Part shown: positions 45,172 through 52,859 of the stretch, piece after piece
Layout of the letters: each line of letters begins with the position of its first letter
Position numbering within the stretch: the stretch's first letter is position 1
Notes under the pieces: model-generated
What the model was told of the DNA's origin: nothing
Seen by the model: the letters and a program-made list of their open reading frames with translations, nothing else
The model's database searches: none
Program-made: the position numbers and the translations under genes
NCBI GenBank assembly: GCA_965116415.1
Contig: OZ220693.1
Coordinates: forward strand, 831,076 to 895,075
Length of the DNA: 64,000 nucleotides
DNA from: Dehalococcoidia bacterium
Lineage (GTDB): Bacteria > Chloroflexota > Dehalococcoidia > Lucifugimonadales > UBA1123
Reading direction: 5' to 3'

Positions 45172-45222
45172 GTTTGTATTTCCCCTCGTTTCCCTTCCCG
45201 CGCCGATGGTGCGCGTTTGCGT

Positions 45223-45756
45223 TTATGGCCCATCGCTCCGGGCGATATCCAGTGCGCGCACGTCCCTCAGGTTCCTGTAAGCGCCGTTGTAGTCCAGGCC
45301 GCAACCGACAACGAAGACATCGGGGATCTCGAAACCTACGTACGCGACCTCCAGGACGTGGGTCCTCTTTGAGGGCTTGTCCAACAGAGAGCACACCTTG
45401 ACTGACTTTGCTCCCAGGTCGATCACGTGTCGGGAGAGAGCTGTCAGCGTCGCTCCTGTGTCCACTATGTCCTCCACGAGGAGGACATGCCGACCCTCGA
45501 GGGACTGCTGAGAGGGAAGCCATTCAACTGTAATCTTGCCCGGCTCCGTTCCGCTGTAGCTCTGGACGCGGGCTGTGGCAACGTCGACGGAGTGTGGAAA
45601 CGCCCGGATCAGATCGACGAGAAAACACATCGCGCCATCCATCACGCCGACAAATATCGGGGCGGTGTCGCCGTAGTCCCCGGAAATCCTGCCCGCGAGC
45701 TTGGGGATTGCGCGGGCAATTTCGGCTTCCGAGATAACGATGTCTCCCAGGGGCAT
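45223..45756 (-). CDS. hpt: hypoxanthine phosphoribosyltransferase
   Basis: Contains the PRTase motif VLLVEDIVDTGATLT and C-terminal VVGCGLDYNGAYRNL. I prefer the ATG at 45756 (MPLGDIVISEAEI...) to the GTG at 45792. Confidence 0.92.
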   Translation of the reverse strand: MPLGDIVISEAEIARAIPKLAGRISGDYGDTAPIFVGVMDGAMCFLVDLIRAFPHSVDVATARVQSYSGTEPGKITVEWLPSQQSLEGRHVLLVEDIVDTGATLTALSRHVIDLGAKSVKVCSLLDKPSKRTHVLEVAYVGFEIPDVFVVGCGLDYNGAYRNLRDVRALDIARSDGP

Positions 45757-45984
45757 TGTCGAATCCTTGGCGGTGTCGAGGTCCGGTGTCACAGATGCAG
45801 GGTGCTCGCGAAATTCATGGCACCATGATACTGCGTTTGGTCTGTTCCAATCATCCGCAATCCACCTGGAAATTACCGGATGAACTGGTTTCCGAATTCA
45901 TAGTCTCTGTTGCGGGCGAACGCTATATGTTAATCTCGGACGGTCGCTGACAACCCCCTACTAGGAAACTGGACTAAGTCATCG

Positions 45985-47370
45985 GTGCGTAAAGGCGTAT
46001 TCAGACCCACGTCGGCCAGAGAGGCCGTTACAGGCTTGCGTGGCGTCTTCTACGGGTGGTGGTTGGTTGGCCTCTCATCGATCATGCTCACGCTGATGTC
46101 CCTCACCGTATTCCAGGGTCTAGGCACGATGCTTGTTGCCCTCGAGCGCCAGTTTATGTGGAGCCGCACAGCACTCTCCGGGGCGTTCTCGCTTGCACGC
46201 ATCGAAGGAGCCGTGCTTGGACCAATAGAGGGCGTGCTGATCGACCGCATCGGTACCCGACGAATGGTGATGATCGGCTACACGATCATGGGCGTCGGCT
46301 TCATCTGGCTTTCGCAGATAGAGTCACTTGGAAACCTGCGGTTAATCGCGAAGTTCACGCCTTTCGACTCGCTCGACGAGAGTCTCATCCAGTTCTACCT
46401 GGCGTATATTTTCATCACACTTGGTTCTGGGCTCGGTGGTTGGCTCGCGCTCATCGCACTGGTGAACAACTGGTTCAGCAGGCGTCGCTCGTTCGCGATG
46501 GCAACTGCGATGTCGGGGATACACCTCGGCGGGCTGCTCGTCACCCCTTTCGCGCTGGCAATCGACACGTACGGATTCGAAAGCACCGCGCTTGGGATTG
46601 GCATCGTCCTGCTGGCAATAGTGGGTCCGGCTACGAAGGCCATTCGGAACCATCCAGAAGACATGGGACTCAACCCTGACGGTGACGCTCAGCGCACTCA
46701 GACGAGTGAGAGCCAGACAGCCCAGTCTCCAATTGATGACGAGCCCGAATTTACCGTAATGCAGGCGTTGAAGACGCCCGCATTCTGGATGCTGACAATC
46801 GCGCAGGTCGCGTCCAGCGTGGCAATCGTTACGCTGGCGCTGCACCTGGTACCGAAGTTGACCGATACTGGGATGTCTCTAACGGCGGCAGCTTCGGTCC
46901 ACACGACCTATACGATCATTGCCCTGCCCGCCCAGTTCATCTCCGGTTACTATGCCGACAGACTTCCCAAGACACTGATGATCGCCTTTTTCATGTTTGT
47001 CCAGGGAGTTGGCATATTCATCATCGCCCTGTTCGACAGTGCAATCATGGCATACCTGTTCGCGGTGCTGTACGGCATCGGCTTCGGCGGTCGTAGCCCG
47101 CTTACTACGGCAATCAGGGGCGAGTACTTTGGACGCAAGGCATTCGCAACGATCATGGGTATATCACAGTTCCCAATGAACATCGCGATGATCTTCGCGC
47201 CGCTGTTTGCGGGCTACATGTTCGACACCACGGGTACGTACATCGTTCCATTCACGATATTCGCCGGACTAACCATGGCTGGCGGCGTGTTGATGCTGTT
47301 CGTGAGAAGGCCCAAGGCGCCGCTCGGAACGGTACAACCTGAGCCTGCGACGACTCGTACGTCAACCTGA
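45985..47370 (+). CDS. MFS transporter
   Basis: 461 aa with about 12 predicted TM segments, a central hydrophilic loop and an MFS-type D-R-x-G-R-R-like motif (IDRIGTRRM). Confidence 0.8.
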   Translation: MRKGVFRPTSAREAVTGLRGVFYGWWLVGLSSIMLTLMSLTVFQGLGTMLVALERQFMWSRTALSGAFSLARIEGAVLGPIEGVLIDRIGTRRMVMIGYTIMGVGFIWLSQIESLGNLRLIAKFTPFDSLDESLIQFYLAYIFITLGSGLGGWLALIALVNNWFSRRRSFAMATAMSGIHLGGLLVTPFALAIDTYGFESTALGIGIVLLAIVGPATKAIRNHPEDMGLNPDGDAQRTQTSESQTAQSPIDDEPEFTVMQALKTPAFWMLTIAQVASSVAIVTLALHLVPKLTDTGMSLTAAASVHTTYTIIALPAQFISGYYADRLPKTLMIAFFMFVQGVGIFIIALFDSAIMAYLFAVLYGIGFGGRSPLTTAIRGEYFGRKAFATIMGISQFPMNIAMIFAPLFAGYMFDTTGTYIVPFTIFAGLTMAGGVLMLFVRRPKAPLGTVQPEPATTRTST

Positions 47371-47432
47371 TGCACTTCGGTGCACTTGGGACTTGATTAG
47401 CTGGCGCAGTGACCTGCGAGGCTCGAACCCTG

Positions 47433-48329
47433 CTACCGATCAGTCGGCACCGGGATACCTGGTATGTTCACACGGACACTTCCGACCATGTTCCAGGTCG
47501 TGAAATAGAGCGTCTTCCAGTCATCCCTGCCGAACGCCACGTTGGTCGTCGCACCCTCACCGTGGGCGATCGTGCCAAGATGGTTGCCATCGGCGTCGAT
47601 CACCCAGACGCCACCTGACCCGCCGCAGTAGATATTGCCCTCGACGTCTACCTTCATGCCGTCTGGAACGCCAGGGCGGTCGCCGCTGAGGTCACACAGG
47701 ACACGGTCTGAGGCCAGCGCGATTGTGCCGTTGGGTTGAACGTCGAACGCGCGGATGTGCTGACGTCGCGTATCGTTGATGTAAAGGATGCTCTCGTCCG
47801 GCGAAAATGCGAGCCCGTTGGGGGTCAGGAAGTCGCCGACGATCATGGTGATGTCGCCGAGGTCTGGCGGGACCATGTAGACGCCCGCAAAGTCGAGGTC
47901 GAGTCCGGGCCCAGGCGCTCCAGGGTCGGTAAAGTAGATGCTGCCGTCGGATTTCACCACCGCGTCGTTTGGGCGGTTCAGGCGTCGGCCCCGGTAGCTC
48001 CAGGCGATGACGGTCACTTCCCCGTCCGAGTCCTGTCGTGTCACCCGACGAGCGCTGTGCTCACAGGCAACGAGCCTGCCCTTGAGGTCGCGGGTCAGCC
48101 CGTTTGCGTGGTTGGTAGGCTGCTGATAGACAGAGACCCCGCCTCCTGGAGTCAGCTTCATTCGCCGGTTGTTGTGGATGTCACTGAAGAGCAGGTAGCC
48201 GCCTTCATGCCACCAGAGAGGGCCCTCCGCAGGGCCACCGTCACCACCGTAGCCGCTGCCGTGCCACTCTACGTGCTGGTCGGGGTCGAGAACCTGTGGG
48301 AGGTTGGAGGAGTGTTGTTCGATGGGCAT
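47433..48329 (-). CDS. SMP-30/gluconolactonase/LRE-family beta-propeller protein
   Basis: Contains EGPLWW ... NG ... RPNDAVV.SDGSIYFTDP ... PNGLAFSPDE ... PDGMKVD..GN motifs. I prefer the ATG at 48329. Confidence 0.82.
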   Translation of the reverse strand: MPIEQHSSNLPQVLDPDQHVEWHGSGYGGDGGPAEGPLWWHEGGYLLFSDIHNNRRMKLTPGGGVSVYQQPTNHANGLTRDLKGRLVACEHSARRVTRQDSDGEVTVIAWSYRGRRLNRPNDAVVKSDGSIYFTDPGAPGPGLDLDFAGVYMVPPDLGDITMIVGDFLTPNGLAFSPDESILYINDTRRQHIRAFDVQPNGTIALASDRVLCDLSGDRPGVPDGMKVDVEGNIYCGGSGGVWVIDADGNHLGTIAHGEGATTNVAFGRDDWKTLYFTTWNMVGSVRVNIPGIPVPTDR

Positions 48330-48526
48330 GTCGACATCCTTTGGGGCCAGACTGAAGCGATTTCCGCACAAGACTAATTCCAACTGAGAGGAGAGTCAAT
48401 CGAAACACGATGGGGTCATCCGATCGGATCGCCTCCGTTGAGATGTCTGGTTTTCATGTATACTCGACTCCGCAACAATTAGAACGTGCATTTCAGAACA
48501 TGTACGAAGGCCCGGGAAGGGAGAGG

Positions 48527-50398
48527 ATGACCATGAAAGCAAAGAGGTACGAGTTTAAATTCACCGTCGTACTCGTCATCTCCATAATGACAGCATTAGT
48601 GCTTGCGTGTTCATCGGAGCCGGAAGTAATCGAAGTCGTCAAGGAAGTCCCTGTAGAAGTTGAAAAAGTGGTGACTCAGGAAATCGTTAAGGAAGTTCCT
48701 GTAGAAGTTGAAAGGGTGGTCACCAAGGAGGTCGTCAAGGAAGTCCCTGTAGAAGTTGAAAAGGTGGTGACACAGGAAGTCGTTAAGGAAGTTGTCAAGG
48801 AAGTCCCCGTAGAGGTTGAAAAGGTGGTCACCAGGGAGGTCGTCAAGGAAGTCCCTGTAGAAGTTGAAAAGGTGGTCACCAAGGAGGTTGAAAAGGAAGT
48901 CGTCAGGATAGTCGAGATACAAGGGATGCGTGGAGGATCACTGGTAGATGCTCGCACGACAGATGCCACGAGCCTTGACCCACACAACGTACCGGCTGCC
49001 GCAAACTTCCGAATCAGGGGCCATGTGTACAGCGGTCTGGTGAGCCTGGACTCCGGTATGTCGGTCCAGCCTGACCTCGCGACAAACTGGATCATACCCG
49101 ACCCCACAACTTACATCTTCAACATTCGGCAAGGAGTAACGTTCCACAACGGGGAACCACTCTCCGCAGACGACGTTAAGTACACGTATGAGCGGATCCT
49201 GGATGAGTCTATCGGCTCGTTCATTAGAGGTGGAATACTAAACATCAGCGAGATAAATGTAGTCGACTCGCAGACTGTCGAGTTCAAGCTTGAGAATCCT
49301 GAAGGAGGATTCCTGAGCCGGCACTGGTCGATTGGAATCATTCCCAGGTCTGTCGCTGACCAGCCTAAAGACTGGCTTAACAACAATGTCGTGGGAACCG
49401 GCCCATGGGTTCTTCAGGACTGGAAGACCGACGTGGAGCACAGTGTCACTCGAAACGAGAACTACTATGAGCCGCAAATCCCGCTCATGGATGGATTCAA
49501 GGTCCAGGTGATCCCTGAAGAGTCATCGATCATTGCAGGAATACGAACGGGGATAGTCGACCACGCCAAGCTGGAGGACGCCCAGAACTTTAGCCTGCTT
49601 CAGAAGAACCCAAACGTCGTTCTGTACCAGACGCCCGCCATGGGCACCAATTTCGTCAACATCAATCACCGTTCAGGTACCGGCCCTGGCCCAGCCCAAG
49701 GACCACTTAGCGACATTCGAGTGCGCCAGGCCCTTTCCCTTGGGATGGACAGAGATGCGATCCTGAATCTTGTAGGTGCGGGGCTGGGTACAGTAAGCGG
49801 TCATGTGCCGCCTTCACTGTCTGAGTACTGGGTGCCGCCCGAAGAGTTGCCCTACTTCCAACGCGACGTGGAACGAGCCAAGCAGCTGTTGGCTGAAGCA
49901 GGTTATGCAGACGGGTTCTCCATGGACATAATCTACATCCCTGAGTTCGCTGTGATGCAGTTCTCGGCTGAACTATTGGCGGAGCAGTGGAAGGAGATCG
50001 GGCTCGACGCTGTTGCGAGATCCACAGAGTACGGTGTCTGGCTCGACGAACGGGTAGAGACCTTCCCGTATTTTGTAAGCACCAATCTGACATTCAACAT
50101 GGCAGACCCTGACCACGTCCTCTACAACTGCTTCCACTCGTCTGGCAGCTGCGCCCAGTGGGATGCGTGGTCTGACCCTGAAATGGACGCGCTGTTGGAC
50201 AAGGCTCGCCAGGAGACCGACCCGGCCATGCGAGTGCAGCTCTGGAAGGACGTCCAGATCATGCTGGCTGAGCGCATTCCTGCCCTCACCTCGTTTGCGC
50301 CCATCGAAATTGACGTGGTGCAGAAGTGGGTCAGGGGGTACACGCCACATCCGTCCGCTGTCCAGTTTGGATTCAAGTGGACATGGCTTGATAGGTAG
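48527..50398 (+). CDS. ABC transporter substrate-binding lipoprotein, family 5 (peptide/nickel type) with a repeat linker
   Basis: Start at the ATG at 48527 (GGGAGAGG upstream). Signal peptide plus lipobox (ALVLAC|SS), then an approximately 90-residue EVVKEVPVEVEKVVT repeat region, then an SBP_bac_5-type domain (ATNWIIPDPTTYIFNIRQGVTFHNG...). Confidence 0.88.
   Translation: MTMKAKRYEFKFTVVLVISIMTALVLACSSEPEVIEVVKEVPVEVEKVVTQEIVKEVPVEVERVVTKEVVKEVPVEVEKVVTQEVVKEVVKEVPVEVEKVVTREVVKEVPVEVEKVVTKEVEKEVVRIVEIQGMRGGSLVDARTTDATSLDPHNVPAAANFRIRGHVYSGLVSLDSGMSVQPDLATNWIIPDPTTYIFNIRQGVTFHNGEPLSADDVKYTYERILDESIGSFIRGGILNISEINVVDSQTVEFKLENPEGGFLSRHWSIGIIPRSVADQPKDWLNNNVVGTGPWVLQDWKTDVEHSVTRNENYYEPQIPLMDGFKVQVIPEESSIIAGIRTGIVDHAKLEDAQNFSLLQKNPNVVLYQTPAMGTNFVNINHRSGTGPGPAQGPLSDIRVRQALSLGMDRDAILNLVGAGLGTVSGHVPPSLSEYWVPPEELPYFQRDVERAKQLLAEAGYADGFSMDIIYIPEFAVMQFSAELLAEQWKEIGLDAVARSTEYGVWLDERVETFPYFVSTNLTFNMADPDHVLYNCFHSSGSCAQWDAWSDPEMDALLDKARQETDPAMRVQLWKDVQIMLAERIPALTSFAPIEIDVVQKWVRGYTPHPSAVQFGFKWTWLDR
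48632..48909 (+). repeat. coding tandem repeat with 48-nt period (about 5.5 units; one unit is 60 nt)
   Basis: Units run 48632-48679, 48680-48727, 48728-48775, 48776-48835 (which carries an extra 12 nt) and 48836-48883, plus a partial unit. Each encodes E[VI]VKEVPVEVE[KR]VVT[QKR]. Confidence 0.95.
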
Positions 50399-50465
50399 AC
50401 CTTCAGAATAGACTGAGCTTTGAAGGAGCCTACTCTTGCTTGAGGGAAGTGAGAGGTAACAACGA

Positions 50466-50508
50466 AGAGGCTGTCAGGTAAGTTTTGTGCTTCTGACAGC
50501 CTCTTTTT
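50466..50508. terminator. bidirectional intrinsic terminator between the convergent SBP and permease genes
   Basis: Perfect 12-bp stem AGAGGCTGTCAG / CTGACAGCCTCT with a 15-nt loop and TTTTT on the + strand. Confidence 0.7.
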
Positions 50509-50575
50509 CAGTCCTGGAGAACCCGACAGATTGACGCTTCAGTCATTCCGGTGAGTTAACCTAAAACTCACCACA

Positions 50576-51499
50576 TCAGGCTGATTGCCGATCACTGCCC
50601 CCGATCTGCTGACGCAGCCTGGGGTCCAGGATGTCGCGGAGTCCGTCTCCCAGCATGTTGAAGGCCAAAACGGCCAACATTATCGCGATACCAGGGAAGA
50701 TTGACGCCCATGGAGCTTTCTCGAGTACATCACGCGCGTCGCTCAGCAACCTGCCCCACGAGGGGTTTTCAGCGGGCGTGCCAAGACCCAAAAAGCTAAC
50801 AGCAGCCTCAATCAGGATGGCCCCTGCGAATGTCACAGAAGCCTGAACGATGACAGGGGGAGCAACGTTGGGGGCTATGTGACGTGTCACTATTCGCAAG
50901 TTGCTGGCGCCCAGTGCGCTGGCCGCGTTGACGTACTCTTTCTCCTTTTCAACCAAGACGGGACCGCGTACTACCCTATACAGCAGCGGTGTAAACACAA
51001 TGCCAAGGGCAATCACGGTGTTCCTAATTCCGGGTCCCAGCATGGCCGCCACGGCGATGACAAACAACATGAAAGGGAACCCGAATATAATGTCCATCAG
51101 CCGCCCTGACACGTTGTCCCATATGCCCCCAAAGTAGGCAGAGAAGAGAGCTAGAGATCCCCCAACGAGGATTGCAAAAACAACCGAGAAGAGCGGGATA
51201 ATGAGTGACACCCGGCTAGCATGAACGACACGACTGTAGATGTCCCTGCCCAGTCTGTCGGTCCCGAAGAAGGCTTCCATGCCAGGGCTGCTGAATCCCA
51301 GAGATGCCTTGGGCTCAAGCGGCCCTCGCGTCGCAATCAGGTCGGCAAAAATCGCCATGATGACGAACAGGCCGACGATGATGATGCCCGCCAGAGTCAG
51401 CTTGTTAGCTGTTATTGCCCTGAGGACGTAGAATCCTCTGCTTCGCGAGGTTTGATCGATTACAGCCTTATCGGTGCGGGCTTCACCAGTAATGGACAT
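50576..51499 (-). CDS. ABC transporter permease (DppC/OppC-type)
   Basis: 307 aa and polytopic. Contains the EAA-loop region YVNAASALGASNLRIVTRHIAPN. Confidence 0.88.
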   Translation of the reverse strand: MSITGEARTDKAVIDQTSRSRGFYVLRAITANKLTLAGIIIVGLFVIMAIFADLIATRGPLEPKASLGFSSPGMEAFFGTDRLGRDIYSRVVHASRVSLIIPLFSVVFAILVGGSLALFSAYFGGIWDNVSGRLMDIIFGFPFMLFVIAVAAMLGPGIRNTVIALGIVFTPLLYRVVRGPVLVEKEKEYVNAASALGASNLRIVTRHIAPNVAPPVIVQASVTFAGAILIEAAVSFLGLGTPAENPSWGRLLSDARDVLEKAPWASIFPGIAIMLAVLAFNMLGDGLRDILDPRLRQQIGGSDRQSA

Positions 51500-51607
51500 C
51501 TGACTACCTCACCTTTGAAGACGGCACGTCTGTCCGTGCCACCATGTCGATGCGGCCAGAATTGACCACCTGCACACTCGAACGACCCCGATATTCCATT
51601 GCAGCAT

Positions 51608-52555
51608 CTAGCCGTACCTTATACGCGGGTTTACGTAGGCATAAAGGACATCTACCAACAGGTTGCTGAAGACAAATATCGTCGCTATGAACAGGACGAC
51701 TCCCTGAATTAGTGGGTAGTCGCGTTGGGATATGGCAAGAAGCATCAGCCGTCCCACGCCAGGGAGTGTAAAGACCGCCTCCATGACCACGATCCCGCCC
51801 ATCAGGTATCCGATTTGCAGCCCGGCAATGGTCACGACTGGGATCAGGGTGTTCTTGAGTGCGTGCGAGTAGATCACCACGCGATCGTGAAGGCCCTTGG
51901 CCCTAGCCGTCCTGACGTAGTCCTGGCGCAGCTCTTCCAACATCGTGGCCCTCGTCATACGCACGATGTTTGCGGAGGCAACCGTGCCTACAGAGATGGC
52001 CGGAAGTATCATAATGCTGAGGTTGGTTGCCGGATCTTTCCAGAAGTCCACGTACTCCAACGAGGGGATCCAGCCCAGTGTTATTGAGAGTACGAGAATC
52101 AACATGATCCCCTGCCAGAATTCGGGAATCGACAGGCTAAACATGGACATAACTCGGACCAAATAGTCGATGGGCGAGTTCTGCCTGGTGGCGGCGATTA
52201 TTCCCAGCGGGACTCCAAGACCGATGGATACCAACATGGCAAGGATAGTTAGCTCAGCCGTCACCGACAGCCTATCAAGAATAAGGCCCATGACCGAGTT
52301 GCCACTACGCCATGAAGTGCCCAAGTCGCCCTGGAGCACACCACTGAGCCACTGCCAGTACTGGACATGCAAGGGTTGATCCAAACCGAAGAAGCTTCGA
52401 AGCTCCTGGATCATCTCGGGAGTACGTTCAGCCTGTTCCAAGCTGACTTGAACGATGTCGCCAGGTATCAGTCTGGCCATTAGGAACACCAGCACAGACA
52501 GACCAAACAGGGTGAATACCATGCTGATTAGTCTGACCACGATGAACTGACGCAT
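51608..52555 (-). CDS. ABC transporter permease (DppB/OppB-type)
   Basis: I prefer the ATG at 52555 (MRQFIVVRLISMVFTLFGLSVLVFLM..., the typical OppB N-terminus). Contains the EAA loop YVRTARAKGLHDRVVIYSHALKN. Confidence 0.88.
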   Translation of the reverse strand: MRQFIVVRLISMVFTLFGLSVLVFLMARLIPGDIVQVSLEQAERTPEMIQELRSFFGLDQPLHVQYWQWLSGVLQGDLGTSWRSGNSVMGLILDRLSVTAELTILAMLVSIGLGVPLGIIAATRQNSPIDYLVRVMSMFSLSIPEFWQGIMLILVLSITLGWIPSLEYVDFWKDPATNLSIMILPAISVGTVASANIVRMTRATMLEELRQDYVRTARAKGLHDRVVIYSHALKNTLIPVVTIAGLQIGYLMGGIVVMEAVFTLPGVGRLMLLAISQRDYPLIQGVVLFIATIFVFSNLLVDVLYAYVNPRIRYG

Positions 52556-52684
52556 GTCCGTCCTCTTGCCGACGCGAGGCTCTATGCCGAGGGGTTGGCG
52601 ACTCTCCGATACTATCATCGAAGAACCACGTTCGCCATTTGCAGCGGGCAATGAGACTGTATCAATTCAGTCGGAGGCACAAAC

Positions 52685-52754
52685 GTAGGGGCGTCCCTTG
52701 TGGGCGCCTTGAGCATGATGGCCAACATGGGCAACCACAAGGGATTGCCCCTAC
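52685..52754. repeat. inverted pair of REP-like units of about 20 nt in a divergent promoter region
   Basis: GTAGGGGCGTCCCTTGTGG (52685-52703) faces CCACAAGGGATTGCCCCTAC (52735-52754). The arms are complementary except for a 1-nt bulge and one G-T. Each arm is itself an imperfect hairpin. Confidence 0.6.
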
Positions 52755-52859
52755 ATGTGTATGACCGACCAAACTGGTACAGCATCGCGGGCAATCGTCG
52801 TCTTGACCCTTGAACGACGTGCGAATAGTATCAGCCGGACACATTGAGGAGTGCCGATC

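Noticed and set aside
44937-45401. 154-aa plus-strand ORF (Arg-rich)
   Set aside because: It overlaps the structured RNA and then runs antisense into hpt. It is extremely Arg/Ser/Pro-rich with no RBS, so I interpret the region as RNA-coding instead.
47371-47432. GGCTCGAACCC string suggesting a tRNA fragment
   Set aside because: The flanking bases do not form a T stem or an acceptor stem on either strand.
47736-48377. 213-aa ORF on the plus strand
   Set aside because: It is antisense to the SMP-30/gluconolactonase-family gene.
48611-49107. Two minus-strand ORFs (48611..48922 and 48676..49107) with repetitive translations, and the possibility that the repeats form a CRISPR array
   Set aside because: The repeats are contiguous 48-nt units with no spacers, and they are in frame within the SBP gene. 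The minus-strand ORFs are by-products of the repeat.
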